The notes under the pieces were generated by a model. The model did not search any database and was not told where the DNA came from. It was given only the letters and a program-made list of their open reading frames with translations. A DNA stretch of 64,000 nucleotides from contig CAVVDB010000005.1 in NCBI GenBank assembly GCA_963746865.1, positions 89,437 to 153,436 on the forward strand, in the 5' to 3' direction. Below are positions 27,487 through 35,732 of this stretch, one piece after another (positions within the stretch are counted from its first letter, which is position 1; every line of letters begins with the position of its first letter). A program made the translations under genes and the position numbers. This stretch comes from an uncultured Chloroflexia bacterium (GTDB lineage: Bacteria; Chloroflexota; Limnocylindria; Limnocylindrales; CSP1-4).

Positions 27487-27948
27487 TCACTTCGCGGTCA
27501 GGGTCCCGATCATCGTGGGATGGACCGTGCACACGAACGCGTACGCCCCGGCGTCAAGCGGCGGAACGTCGAGGACGCGCGTCTCTACGCCGTTGAAGAT
27601 CGGCCCCTTGAACAGTTCCGCGCCATTCGCGTCGCCGAGGTGGAGCGCGACGTTGTGCGGCACGCCAGCGTCCTTGTTCTCGAACGAGATCTGGAACGAG
27701 GTACCGGCCGGGGCGGTGACGGTGAGCGGCTCGAACTTGAACGCCAGGGCGCCGATGACGATGAGGTTCGGGTTGGCGGAGCCGCTCGGCTGCGCCGACG
27801 CCACACTGCTCGGGGCCGGTGTGGCGGGCGGGGCCGGCATATAGGTCCACCCGGCGCTGGCCGTCGCGCAGGCACTGACGAGCGCGACCGACAGGATGGC
27901 GACCGAGATCAGGCGCGCGTGACGCATCGGGCGGTGGAGACCTTTCAT
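27487..27948 (-). CDS. Cupredoxin (plastocyanin/amicyanin-like blue copper protein), probable lipoprotein
   Basis: 153 aa. Signal peptide plus lipobox ILSVALVSAC. Copper ligands: GVPHNV (His) and FVCTVHPTM (Cys, His, Met). It lies 13 nt upstream of alaX on the same strand. Confidence 0.8.
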   Translation of the reverse strand: MKGLHRPMRHARLISVAILSVALVSACATASAGWTYMPAPPATPAPSSVASAQPSGSANPNLIVIGALAFKFEPLTVTAPAGTSFQISFENKDAGVPHNVALHLGDANGAELFKGPIFNGVETRVLDVPPLDAGAYAFVCTVHPTMIGTLTAK

Positions 27949-28179
27949 GGGTTCACGGGCCGTGGCGGCGTGGTTGCGATGAATCTACCGTGCCGATGAC
28001 CGTCGCGTGGCGGGGTTCGTGCGGGGCGGTCCGCTGCGGTCCAGGGTGGTCACCAGTACTTGAGGACCATGGCCACCCCGTACCATCGGCCCGGTTGTCG
28101 CGGGCGGGAGCGGCCCCGTAGGCTCGCTGTCCCACGCTCACGTGGCGTGTGCCCATCCTGCAGACCGGAGCCCGACCCG

Positions 28180-28281
28180 ATGATCAAGCAACTCCGCGAC
28201 CGCTCCTGGCGCCTGGCCGTGACCCTCGGTCCGCTCGTCGCCATCGCGCTGACGTTGGCCGCCGGCCTCAAGTGGCGCTAG
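28180..28281 (+). CDS. Possible 33-aa single-TM small protein
   Basis: ATG at 28180, with GGAG 9 nt upstream. Sequence: MIKQLRDRSWRLAVTLGPLVAIALTLAAGLKWR. 31 of 33 third codon positions are G/C, while second positions are mixed. No family recognised. Confidence 0.3.
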   Translation: MIKQLRDRSWRLAVTLGPLVAIALTLAAGLKWR

Positions 28282-28388
28282 CCTGACACCATTCGTTCGC
28301 CGCCCCGTCGGGTCCCTCCCGACGAGGTGAACCGCGATCCCGATCGAGACCCGGAGACCTCCCTCCGGGTCTCGCGGCATTTCCGGGG

Positions 28389-31300
28389 TCAGTGGCGCTC
28401 GGTGAGTCCAAGCCGGATCGCGACAGCGGCGGCCTCGACACGACCGGACACCTCCAGCTTCGCGAGGATGTTCCCGACGTGGACGCCGACGGTCTTCTGG
28501 CTGATGAACAGGCGCTCGCCGATCTCCCGGTTGGTGCGACCCTGGGCGACGAGTCCGAGCACCTCCCGTTCCCGACCGCTCAACCCGAACGTGTCCGGGC
28601 GCCGACCGGGCTGACGCTGTTCCCCGGCGATGGCGCGGACGAGATCTGAGCTGCCGTTGGTCCGCCCGATCGACGTCGCACCGGCCTCGTCGACGACCGG
28701 GACGGCCACCGCCTCCGGGCGCTCTCCGTCGAGTAGCACGGCGACCTCGTCGGGCAGCGCGATCCTGGCTCGACCGGCCAGCTCGCGCAGCTCGCGCAGG
28801 AGCGGGCGGGCGGCCAGCGAGAGCCCGACCTCCACGGCCTGCAGGAGCGGTACCTGCGCACGCGTCCGGCCGGACCTCCCGACACCCGACGCCAGGGTGG
28901 CCTCAGCCTGACGCCAGCGGGCAAGTGCCATTTCGTATGGCGCCTCGAGCGCCGACCAACCTAGCGCGACTCGACGCCACACGGCCGCATCGTCGTCTCC
29001 TTCGAGGCGCCGCTGGAACGCCCGGGCCGTCGCCAGCGACGCATCCGCCATCTTCCGGGTCCCGGCTGTCGCAGGGGCGCCCGAGGCCCGGACCAGCGCT
29101 GTGGCCGTCTCGACCACCTCCGCGGTCCGTTGGCGAGCCGCCGCGAGTGGGGCAAGTTGTCGATGTTGGCGGGCCTCGGTGGCGGCCGCGGCGTCCACCT
29201 GGGCCACCATCGACGCCATCCGGGCGACCAGCAGCCACTCCTCCGTGGCCCGGACGCTCGCCCAGCCCCGATCGACCGACCGGCCCGCATCGGCGATGTC
29301 GCCGCGCCACAACGCATACGAGGCGACGGCGAGGTAGTACGGGCCGGCCAGCTGCGGCTCCCGGACGGCGTCGAACTCGAGGATCGTCTGGCCGAGCAGT
29401 CGGGCGGCCTGTTCCGCGGCGTCCATCTCGATCTCGAGGATGGCGAGCTGGAGGATGTGCGCCTGGTAGACGACGCCGACCGGCAGCCAACTCATGGCCC
29501 GCGCGCTCAGGGTTCGCGCCTCGGCCCAGCGGCCGAGCAGGAGGAGGGTATCGAGCACGTTGCCCGCCAGGAAGTTGCCGTAGACGGCTTCCAAGCCGGC
29601 CCGCCGCGCATCGGCGATCCCCTCATAGGCCACCTCGACCGCCTCGGTCCGGCGCCCGACGAGGTCGAGGACGGTCGTCAGGTTGGCGCGGATCCGGAAC
29701 AGGGCATCCGGGTCATCCATCTCTCGAGCGGCACGCTCGGCACCACGCAGCAGGTCGATCGAGGTCGCCGGATCGCTGCCCCACGCCGAGGCGACGGCGA
29801 GCGTCGTGATGGCGTGGATCTCCTCGGCGCGCGCCACCGGATCGCAGGCCCGGGCGACCTTGATGGCGTCGCGGGCGAGCCGTTGCGCCTCGGAGAAGAC
29901 GCCGTCGAGCATCTTGAGCTGGGCCAGGCCGGCCAGGACCGATGCTCGCTCCGGACTCGCCTCGCGGGGCACGAGTTCGACCGCCCGTCGCGCTGCGAGC
30001 ATCCCGCCGGCGGCATCCCCCGCCGCTCGACGGATATTGGCCAACTGCGCGTGGAGCAGGCCGAGGCGAACGCGGTCGCGTCGGGCGTCGAGGCCGGCGA
30101 TCGCCGATTCGAGGAAGGCGGTCGCTCGCGGGAACTGCCCGACGGCGAAGGCGGCCTCCGAGGCGCGGACCAGGAGGTCGACACGGTCCGACTCGGGCGC
30201 GGCGCGGCCGCGGGCGCCGCCGCCGGTCACCGGGCCGGCGGGCAGCGAGAGGGCAAGTTCGAGGGCGGCCAGCTCGTCCGCCGCAGCGTATCGGTCTGAG
30301 GCCGATGCGGCGGCCTCGATGGCAGCCGCCCGAGCCCGCTGCGGGTCGTAGGCCGACAGCCAGTGCCAGGCGACGGCGCCCGGCGGCCCGTCGAGACTGG
30401 CCGCGAGGGCGGCATGGTGGCGCGTCCGGGCGACCGGCAGGAGGTCGCGCGCGACCGCCTTGCCGATCGAGGCGTGGCGGAAGGCGACGCCGTCGTCGAC
30501 CTCGACGAGAAAGCCGTTGGCGAGGGCCTCGGTACGGCCCGCCCGCAGGTCGGCGTCGAGGACGCCATCGCCGATCCGCGGCCCGGTGACGGAGCGGGGT
30601 GCCGACCGACTCGCGTCCTGTTCGAACGCCGCGCCGACGGCCGCAAGCTGGTCCGCGGACAGCGGCCGTCCGACAAGCGAGATGAGCCGCAAGACGCGTC
30701 GGCATTCCTGCGACCGCACGGCGAGCCGGGCGATGATCAGTTCGTCGAACGACCCGGTCAACGATGCGCTCGGAAGCTCCCGGCGTGCGGCGAGCAATTC
30801 CTCGGCGACCAGCGGCAGGCCGCCGGAACGCTCGGAGACCAGCAGGAGGAGGCTGGCCGAAGCGCGTTCCCCCTCGATCCCCTCGATGAGCGCCGCCAAC
30901 TCATCGCGGTCGAGCGGTGGGAAGGTCAGCCGCTCTGGCGGTCGTGGGCCGGTCGCGATCTGGCGCAGGTCCGACATCCACGGATCGTCGCGAGCCATCG
31001 CATCCGACTGATGGGTGCCCACGATCAGCAGCCGCTGCTCGTGGGCGATCCGCGACAGGAACGTGATCAGGGCGCGCGTCGCGGCATCGGCGAGATGCAG
31101 GTCCTCGAGCAGCAACACGACCGGGCGCTGGTCGCCGAGTCGCCCGAGCAGGCCAAGGATCCCCTCCAGCGTCCGCGCCTGGCGACGTTCGGGTGCGGTG
31201 GTCCCGCCCGCGTGCGTGGCTGCCCCGGCGTCGGCGAGCCGGGGGCCGAGGTCGGGGAGCAGGCGAACGACGTCCGCGGTCGCGGGACCGAGCAGGTCGG

Positions 31301-31595
31301 CGAGGACGTCGACCGGTGTCGCTCGCAGCGACGGCCCGATGGCCCGCACGATAGGCCCGTACGGTTCGTCGGCGTGGGCCGGCCAGGCGGCCGCGCGCAG
31401 CACCGTCATCGGTTCGCGAAGTCCGCCGATCCGGACGATCGCCTCGTCGAGGAAGCGCGTCACCCCGACACCCGCGGTGCCGTCCAGGAGCATGGTCCGG
31501 GCCCGTCCATGGGCGGCGTCGTCGAGCGCCGCGGCAAGGCGGGCGAAGGCCTCATCGCGCCCCACGAACCGCGCACTCGTGTACGTGGCAGGCAT
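28389..31595 (-). CDS. LAL/MalT-type large ATP-binding LuxR-family transcriptional regulator
   Basis: 1068 aa. N-terminal AAA_16-like region (LLDGTAGVGVTRF, VVLLLEDLHLAD), long helical repeats, and a C-terminal LuxR HTH: LSGREREVLGLVAQGRTNREIGERLFISQKTVGVHVGNILAKL. Confidence 0.9.
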   Translation of the reverse strand: MPATYTSARFVGRDEAFARLAAALDDAAHGRARTMLLDGTAGVGVTRFLDEAIVRIGGLREPMTVLRAAAWPAHADEPYGPIVRAIGPSLRATPVDVLADLLGPATADVVRLLPDLGPRLADAGAATHAGGTTAPERRQARTLEGILGLLGRLGDQRPVVLLLEDLHLADAATRALITFLSRIAHEQRLLIVGTHQSDAMARDDPWMSDLRQIATGPRPPERLTFPPLDRDELAALIEGIEGERASASLLLLVSERSGGLPLVAEELLAARRELPSASLTGSFDELIIARLAVRSQECRRVLRLISLVGRPLSADQLAAVGAAFEQDASRSAPRSVTGPRIGDGVLDADLRAGRTEALANGFLVEVDDGVAFRHASIGKAVARDLLPVARTRHHAALAASLDGPPGAVAWHWLSAYDPQRARAAAIEAAASASDRYAAADELAALELALSLPAGPVTGGGARGRAAPESDRVDLLVRASEAAFAVGQFPRATAFLESAIAGLDARRDRVRLGLLHAQLANIRRAAGDAAGGMLAARRAVELVPREASPERASVLAGLAQLKMLDGVFSEAQRLARDAIKVARACDPVARAEEIHAITTLAVASAWGSDPATSIDLLRGAERAAREMDDPDALFRIRANLTTVLDLVGRRTEAVEVAYEGIADARRAGLEAVYGNFLAGNVLDTLLLLGRWAEARTLSARAMSWLPVGVVYQAHILQLAILEIEMDAAEQAARLLGQTILEFDAVREPQLAGPYYLAVASYALWRGDIADAGRSVDRGWASVRATEEWLLVARMASMVAQVDAAAATEARQHRQLAPLAAARQRTAEVVETATALVRASGAPATAGTRKMADASLATARAFQRRLEGDDDAAVWRRVALGWSALEAPYEMALARWRQAEATLASGVGRSGRTRAQVPLLQAVEVGLSLAARPLLRELRELAGRARIALPDEVAVLLDGERPEAVAVPVVDEAGATSIGRTNGSSDLVRAIAGEQRQPGRRPDTFGLSGREREVLGLVAQGRTNREIGERLFISQKTVGVHVGNILAKLEVSGRVEAAAVAIRLGLTERH

Positions 31596-31636
31596 GGCGG
31601 CATTCTACGGGCCGCGTCGGCTAGGCTGGCCACCTG

Positions 31637-32578
31637 ATGACCGAGCGGCGACAGCCACATCCCGCCAACACGCTGAACGAACTGCCCGGCGAGGAATGGC
31701 TCTACTTCACCAAGTCACTGCTGACGACGGCCTACCCGTCGGAGCTGGGGCACGCGGCCCGCAAGGTCCACGGCGCCAACAAGCCGCCGCGGCTGATGGC
31801 GCGTCTCATCGAGTTCTTCAGCCGAACCGGTGAGTTGGTGCTCGATCCGTTCGCCGGGGTCGGCGGGACGCTGCTCGGTGCCGCGATCTCGCGTGGCCCG
31901 CGGCGCGCCATCGGGATCGAGCTCGAGCCGCGCTGGGCGTCGGTCTTCGAGACGGTCGTCCGCGACCTGTCGGCCGAACGCGACGGCATGGGGCCCGAGC
32001 TCGTCGACCTCGGGGCGGCGGACCCTGGCGGACCCCGGCCATTCGACCCGTCCGGGCTCGAGCTGCGCGTCGGCGACGCGCTGGCGCTCCTGCCCACGGT
32101 CGAGTCCGGCTCGGTCGATCTCGTCGTCACGGACCCGCCCTACAACCTGCAGCTTCCGATGACGATGGCCGGCGGGGCCCTCGCCGAGGCGCACGCCAAT
32201 CGTCGGACTGACTATGCGATGGTCACCGATCATCCGGCCGATCTCGCCAACGCACCGGACTACGCCACCTTCCTCGGCCGGATGGAGGAGGTGTTCGCCG
32301 GGCTGCGACGCGTGCTGCGCGACGGCCGCTATGCCGTGGTCATCGTTCGCGACGCCTACCAGGACGGCCGCTACGTGTTCACCGGCTCGGATCTCGCCGC
32401 GCGAGCGGCCGACGTCGGGCTGGTCCCGAAGGGTGACCTGATCTGGTATCAGGCCGGCACGCGGCTGCGCCCATATGGCTACCCGCGCGCGTTCGTCCCG
32501 AACATCGTCCACCAGCACATCCTCGTGCTGCGCAATGAAGCGACCCGTCAGCGACCGCGGCGGCGCGACTCCAGGTAG
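31637..32578 (+). CDS. N4/N6 (PF01555-like) DNA methyltransferase with permuted motif order. No partner gene is visible, so it is an orphan.
   Basis: 313 aa. HGANKPPRLMARLIEFFSRTGELVLDPFAGVGGTLLGAA..AIGIE (AdoMet motif I block) comes first. SVDLVVTDPPYN (motif IV) comes about 85 aa later, followed by RVLRDGRYAVVIV..DLIWYQ..HQHILVLR. Confidence 0.75.
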   Translation: MTERRQPHPANTLNELPGEEWLYFTKSLLTTAYPSELGHAARKVHGANKPPRLMARLIEFFSRTGELVLDPFAGVGGTLLGAAISRGPRRAIGIELEPRWASVFETVVRDLSAERDGMGPELVDLGAADPGGPRPFDPSGLELRVGDALALLPTVESGSVDLVVTDPPYNLQLPMTMAGGALAEAHANRRTDYAMVTDHPADLANAPDYATFLGRMEEVFAGLRRVLRDGRYAVVIVRDAYQDGRYVFTGSDLAARAADVGLVPKGDLIWYQAGTRLRPYGYPRAFVPNIVHQHILVLRNEATRQRPRRRDSR

Positions 32579-34143
32579 GCCTCCATCACGTCGGCATCGA
32601 TATCGGATTCGCCCATCGTCCAACTGTCGGCGACGATCGGCATCGTGGCCGTCGGTCCGTCGCTGGGCGGCGTGTCCGTGGCGGAGACCTCCCCGAGGGT
32701 CATCTTGTGCAGCCAGCCCTGCTGGCCGTCGGGGCTGAGGACCAGCCAGTACGCCCCGTACTTCTCGAGGAGTCGCACCTCGTCGCCCTGATCGAGGAAG
32801 CCGATCTCCGTGCCACGCAGCTCGTCAGGCGAGTCGAGGAGACGGACGACCCGGTAGCGGATGACACGACGCTCGCGCGAATCGAGCGGACCGACGAGGC
32901 CCTCGTCGAACGTCAGCCGCGACGCCGGCGACGTATCGCGGACCGGATCCGCCTTCCGCGCCTGGAGCAGCGACGGACGCCGCCAGCGGGGCAGGAGCAG
33001 TTCGCTGTCGGTCTCGTCGACCATGCTCGCGTCATCGTCGGCGACGGGCACCGCGCTCGGGTCGGCCGCCCCCGGCGCGGACCCGGCGACGTCCGACGGC
33101 GTGACCCCGAGACCGCGTGCGGCGGCGGCGGCCAGGACCTCATCCGGTTCGCCCTCGTCCCGACGTCGTCGTCCGAACAGGCCGAGGGCCATCGCGGCGG
33201 TCACGGCACCGGATGTGCTCACGAGCGTGGGACCGACGGTCAGTTCGGGCAGTGTCGGACCCTGGAGGCCGGCCAGGGCAAGCACGCTTGCGATCGGGCT
33301 CCAGCCAGACGGATCGTCGTCGGATCCGCCCGGCCCAGGCCCGCCACCCGCAGCCACCGTGGCGACCGGCGGTTCGGTCGGATCGGCGGTCGGGTTCGGC
33401 GGCGCGACCACCGCGACCAGGATCGGCGGGCTCTCGCTCGGCGTGGGTTCCGCGGTCGCGGCCTCGGTCGGCATCGGGGTCGGTTCGGCGGTCGGTCCCG
33501 TCGTTGGCGTGGTGACGCCCCGGGTGCCGGGTTCGGCCGTCGGCGGCTCGGTGGCGGCCGGCTTGGGCGCGGGCTTGGCTGTCGCCTTCGGGGTGGCGTT
33601 CGGGACCGGCTTCGGGTCCGCCGTCGGGGTCGGCGCAGGCGTCGGTTCGGGCGTCGGGGTCGGCTTCGGCTTCGGCGTCGGCTCCGGCGTCGGAGTCGGC
33701 GTCGGCGTCGGCTTCGGCGTCGCGCCGGGAACCGACAGGATCACCACCGCACCCGCCGACAGGCTGTCCCCGCTGCCGTCGCGGCTCACCGCCGTGATCA
33801 GGACCGGGTGCATCCCGAGCGCTACGGTGCCTGACCATCGGAAGGTGACCCCGGTTCCCCACCCACCGCCGGCGTCGCGGGTCATCGCGTGATCGTCGTT
33901 GCCGAATGCCACCGTCACCCGGTCGGCGCGGGCGCCGTTCGCGTTCTCATACACGACCGAGACGTGGATCGTGGTCTCGGTGCTCCCGCCGCGCGGCGAG
34001 ACGACCGCATCGCGCAGGGCCGTGTCGCCCTGCGCGGCCGCGATCGGCGAGGCGAACGCCATGAGCAGCAGGAGGCCGGCGGCGATGGCCGCGACCCACA
34101 ACCGCGCCCGGTGCGCCCCTGTCCGATCTCCCGCAACGACCAA
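32548..34143 (-). CDS. Bitopic membrane protein: signal peptide, extracellular beta-rich domain, Pro/Thr-rich linker, TM helix, cytoplasmic SH3-like domain
   Basis: The real part of track ORF 32548..34749. It begins at TTG (34143), 5 nt after GGGGAGG: LVVAGDRTGAHRARLWVAAIAAGLLLLMAFASPIAAAQG... The C-terminus is SH3_3-like: RVVRLLDSPDELRGTEIGFLDQGDEVRLLEKYGAYWLVLSPDGQQGWLHK. The upstream 200 aa of the track ORF are nonsense that overlaps the divergent gene. Confidence 0.6.
   Translation of the reverse strand: MVVAGDRTGAHRARLWVAAIAAGLLLLMAFASPIAAAQGDTALRDAVVSPRGGSTETTIHVSVVYENANGARADRVTVAFGNDDHAMTRDAGGGWGTGVTFRWSGTVALGMHPVLITAVSRDGSGDSLSAGAVVILSVPGATPKPTPTPTPTPEPTPKPKPTPTPEPTPAPTPTADPKPVPNATPKATAKPAPKPAATEPPTAEPGTRGVTTPTTGPTAEPTPMPTEAATAEPTPSESPPILVAVVAPPNPTADPTEPPVATVAAGGGPGPGGSDDDPSGWSPIASVLALAGLQGPTLPELTVGPTLVSTSGAVTAAMALGLFGRRRRDEGEPDEVLAAAAARGLGVTPSDVAGSAPGAADPSAVPVADDDASMVDETDSELLLPRWRRPSLLQARKADPVRDTSPASRLTFDEGLVGPLDSRERRVIRYRVVRLLDSPDELRGTEIGFLDQGDEVRLLEKYGAYWLVLSPDGQQGWLHKMTLGEVSATDTPPSDGPTATMPIVADSWTMGESDIDADVMEAYLESRRRGR
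33430..33730 (-). repeat. Low-complexity Pro/Thr/Lys/Ala-coding repeat (GTCGGC/TTCGGC hexamer-like units on the plus strand) inside the 32548..34143 gene
   Basis: The plus strand reads ..ggcgtcggggtcggcttcggcttcggcgtcggctccggcgtcggagtcggcgtcggcgtcggcttcggcgtcg... This translates on the minus strand to TPKPTPTPTPTPEPTPKPKPTPTPEPTPAPTPT. Confidence 0.8.
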
Positions 34144-34387
34144 GTACGCCTCCCCGGTCGGGGCACTGGCCCGATCCGAGGTCGAGGATGGTCCCCTGAG
34201 CGTGCGGCGGGCAATGGTACGGGGGTCCGGGTGCGCGGGCGACCTTGCGGGACAGCGGTCACAGCCGATGTGGTGCGTCCTGCCACCAGCGGTGGGGCCG
34301 GTGCAGTGCGGTCCGGACGGGCGGGTGGGCCGACCGCCGCGCGACGATGACCCGGAATGGTCATTGGCGCGGGCACGTCGGCGGCCC

Positions 34388-35170
34388 ATGCTGGAGGCGA
34401 TGCAGGTGATCGCCCCACCCCGACCCGCCCGCGAACTGGGCTCCCTGGTGAGTGGCACCCTCCTCGGCGCCGGCCTGGTCGCGGCAGGTCTCTGTCTCGC
34501 ATTCGTCACGGTCGAGACGCCGTTCGTCTCGCGGCTCGTGCCGGGCGGTCGCGGTGGCTCGGTCGCGGTCGTCTTCCCGGCCCTGGTCTGGGCGCTGGCC
34601 CTCATCGCCGGCGGGGCGCTGCTGGTCGCCGGAACGGATCGGCTGGCCGCCACGATCGCGATGGTCCGCAACCGCACGGTGGGTCGCTCCCCGGTCATCC
34701 GCGCGCTGGCGTCGCTGCCGGCGGACATCGTGGTCGCGACCGGTCTCATCCTCGACGATGACCGGCCGATCCCCGAACTGGTCGTCGGCCCGTTCGGCGT
34801 CGCACTCGTCGACGAGATCGGAACGGATCACGACCTGCGTCGTATCGGCCAGACGTGGGAGATGCGCACGGCCGACGGTTGGATCCCGGCCGAGCATCCG
34901 CTCGACCGGGCCGCTCGCGACGCGGAGCGCGTCCGGCGATGGCTAGGCCACGGAGACCTCGATTTCGTGGTCCGCGTGCACGCCGCGCTCGTGACGACCG
35001 ACGGATCGATGCCCCGCTCGCCGCTGTGCGCGGTCATCACCGCCGACCAGATCCCGTCCTGGATCGCTGCGCTGCCGCGACAGCGCAGCCTGACCGCCGG
35101 GCGGATCGGGCAGATCGCCGCGCGTCTCGGTGAGGCCGTGGCCGCAGGCGGTCGCCGGCGCGGCTGGTAG
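34388..35170 (+). CDS. Membrane protein with a NERD-like (nuclease-related) domain
   Basis: The real part of track ORF 33899..35170, from ATG 34388. It has 2-3 TM helices, then PELVVGPFGVALVDEIGTDHDLRRIGQTWEMRTADGWIPAEHPLDRAARDAERVRRWL, which resembles the NERD core. The exact start is uncertain. Confidence 0.5.
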   Translation: MLEAMQVIAPPRPARELGSLVSGTLLGAGLVAAGLCLAFVTVETPFVSRLVPGGRGGSVAVVFPALVWALALIAGGALLVAGTDRLAATIAMVRNRTVGRSPVIRALASLPADIVVATGLILDDDRPIPELVVGPFGVALVDEIGTDHDLRRIGQTWEMRTADGWIPAEHPLDRAARDAERVRRWLGHGDLDFVVRVHAALVTTDGSMPRSPLCAVITADQIPSWIAALPRQRSLTAGRIGQIAARLGEAVAAGGRRRGW

Positions 35171-35241
35171 GGGAGCCAGGACTCGAACCTGGAACCAGCG
35201 GGATATAAGCCCGCCGCTCTGACCGATTGAGCTACTCCCCC
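35165..35241 (-). tRNA. tRNA with anticodon TAT (formally tRNA-Ile, AUA-decoding), CCA encoded
   Basis: Hand fold of the minus strand: GGGGGAG-TA-GCTC-AATCGGTCA-GAGC-G-GCGGG-CTTATAT-CCCGC-TGGTT-CCAGG-TTCGAGT-CCTGG-CTCCCCT-A-CCA (77 nt). There is a G1:U72 wobble pair. The 3' end overlaps the stop codon region of the NERD-like gene by 6 nt on the opposite strand. Confidence 0.8.
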
Positions 35242-35252
35242 ATGGCGCGATG

Positions 35253-35573
35253 CTACACCGCGGTCGGAGGATCGGCGGTCTCAGCCGCCCTGAATCTGCC
35301 CGTGATCGAACGCAGGCTGAACGGCCGCGGCAGCAGACCCCCATGACCATGGTCACCGTGCCCATTCCGTCCGACCGCGCCACCGCCGGGCGCGAACGCC
35401 CGGGCCGGGAGCAGATCCACGAACTCGCGCTCCTCCTCCGTCCGGAACGCCTCGAGCGGCAGCTCGTCCGGATCGAACGGGCGCTCCGCTACCGGGGCGA
35501 GCTTCGGCGGTCGGGCGTAGGCGGGGGCGCCATAGAGTTTCGGGAGCGCGACATGTTGTTCTTCGATGGACAC
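35253..35573 (-). CDS. Hypothetical protein
   Basis: ORF of 106 aa: MSIEEQHVALPKLYGAPAYARPPKLAPVAERPFDPDELPLEAFRTEEEREFVDLLP... Composition is plausible. No family recognised. Confidence 0.45.
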   Translation of the reverse strand: MSIEEQHVALPKLYGAPAYARPPKLAPVAERPFDPDELPLEAFRTEEEREFVDLLPARAFAPGGGAVGRNGHGDHGHGGLLPRPFSLRSITGRFRAAETADPPTAV

Positions 35574-35732
35574 GCGCGATTCCTCGACTGGTGTCGATGT
35601 GAGCCGGATGTCCGGCGCACACCGTGATGATTGCCAACCAAGCGTACCGTGGAATGGTACGGATGGACTAGGCCAACGTGCAAGCGCCCCTGGAAGTGGT
35701 GCGCGGGGTCAACATCGAGCCCGTCCGGACCT

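Noticed and set aside
33430-33730. A short-period repeat on the DNA (GTCGGC/TTCGGC units) that might suggest a CRISPR-like or VNTR array
   Set aside because: There is no repeat-spacer architecture. The units are 6 nt and in frame, and they translate to a Pro/Thr/Lys linker inside a convincing CDS.
31637-35170. Methyltransferase plus NERD-like protein plus nearby STAND-like LAL ATPase, considered as a possible restriction-modification or defence island bounded by a tRNA
   Set aside because: There is no endonuclease, specificity subunit, helicase, integrase or att-like repeat. The LAL protein ends in a LuxR HTH, so it is a regulator. The intervening gene is a structural-looking membrane protein. 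No compositional break is visible by eye.
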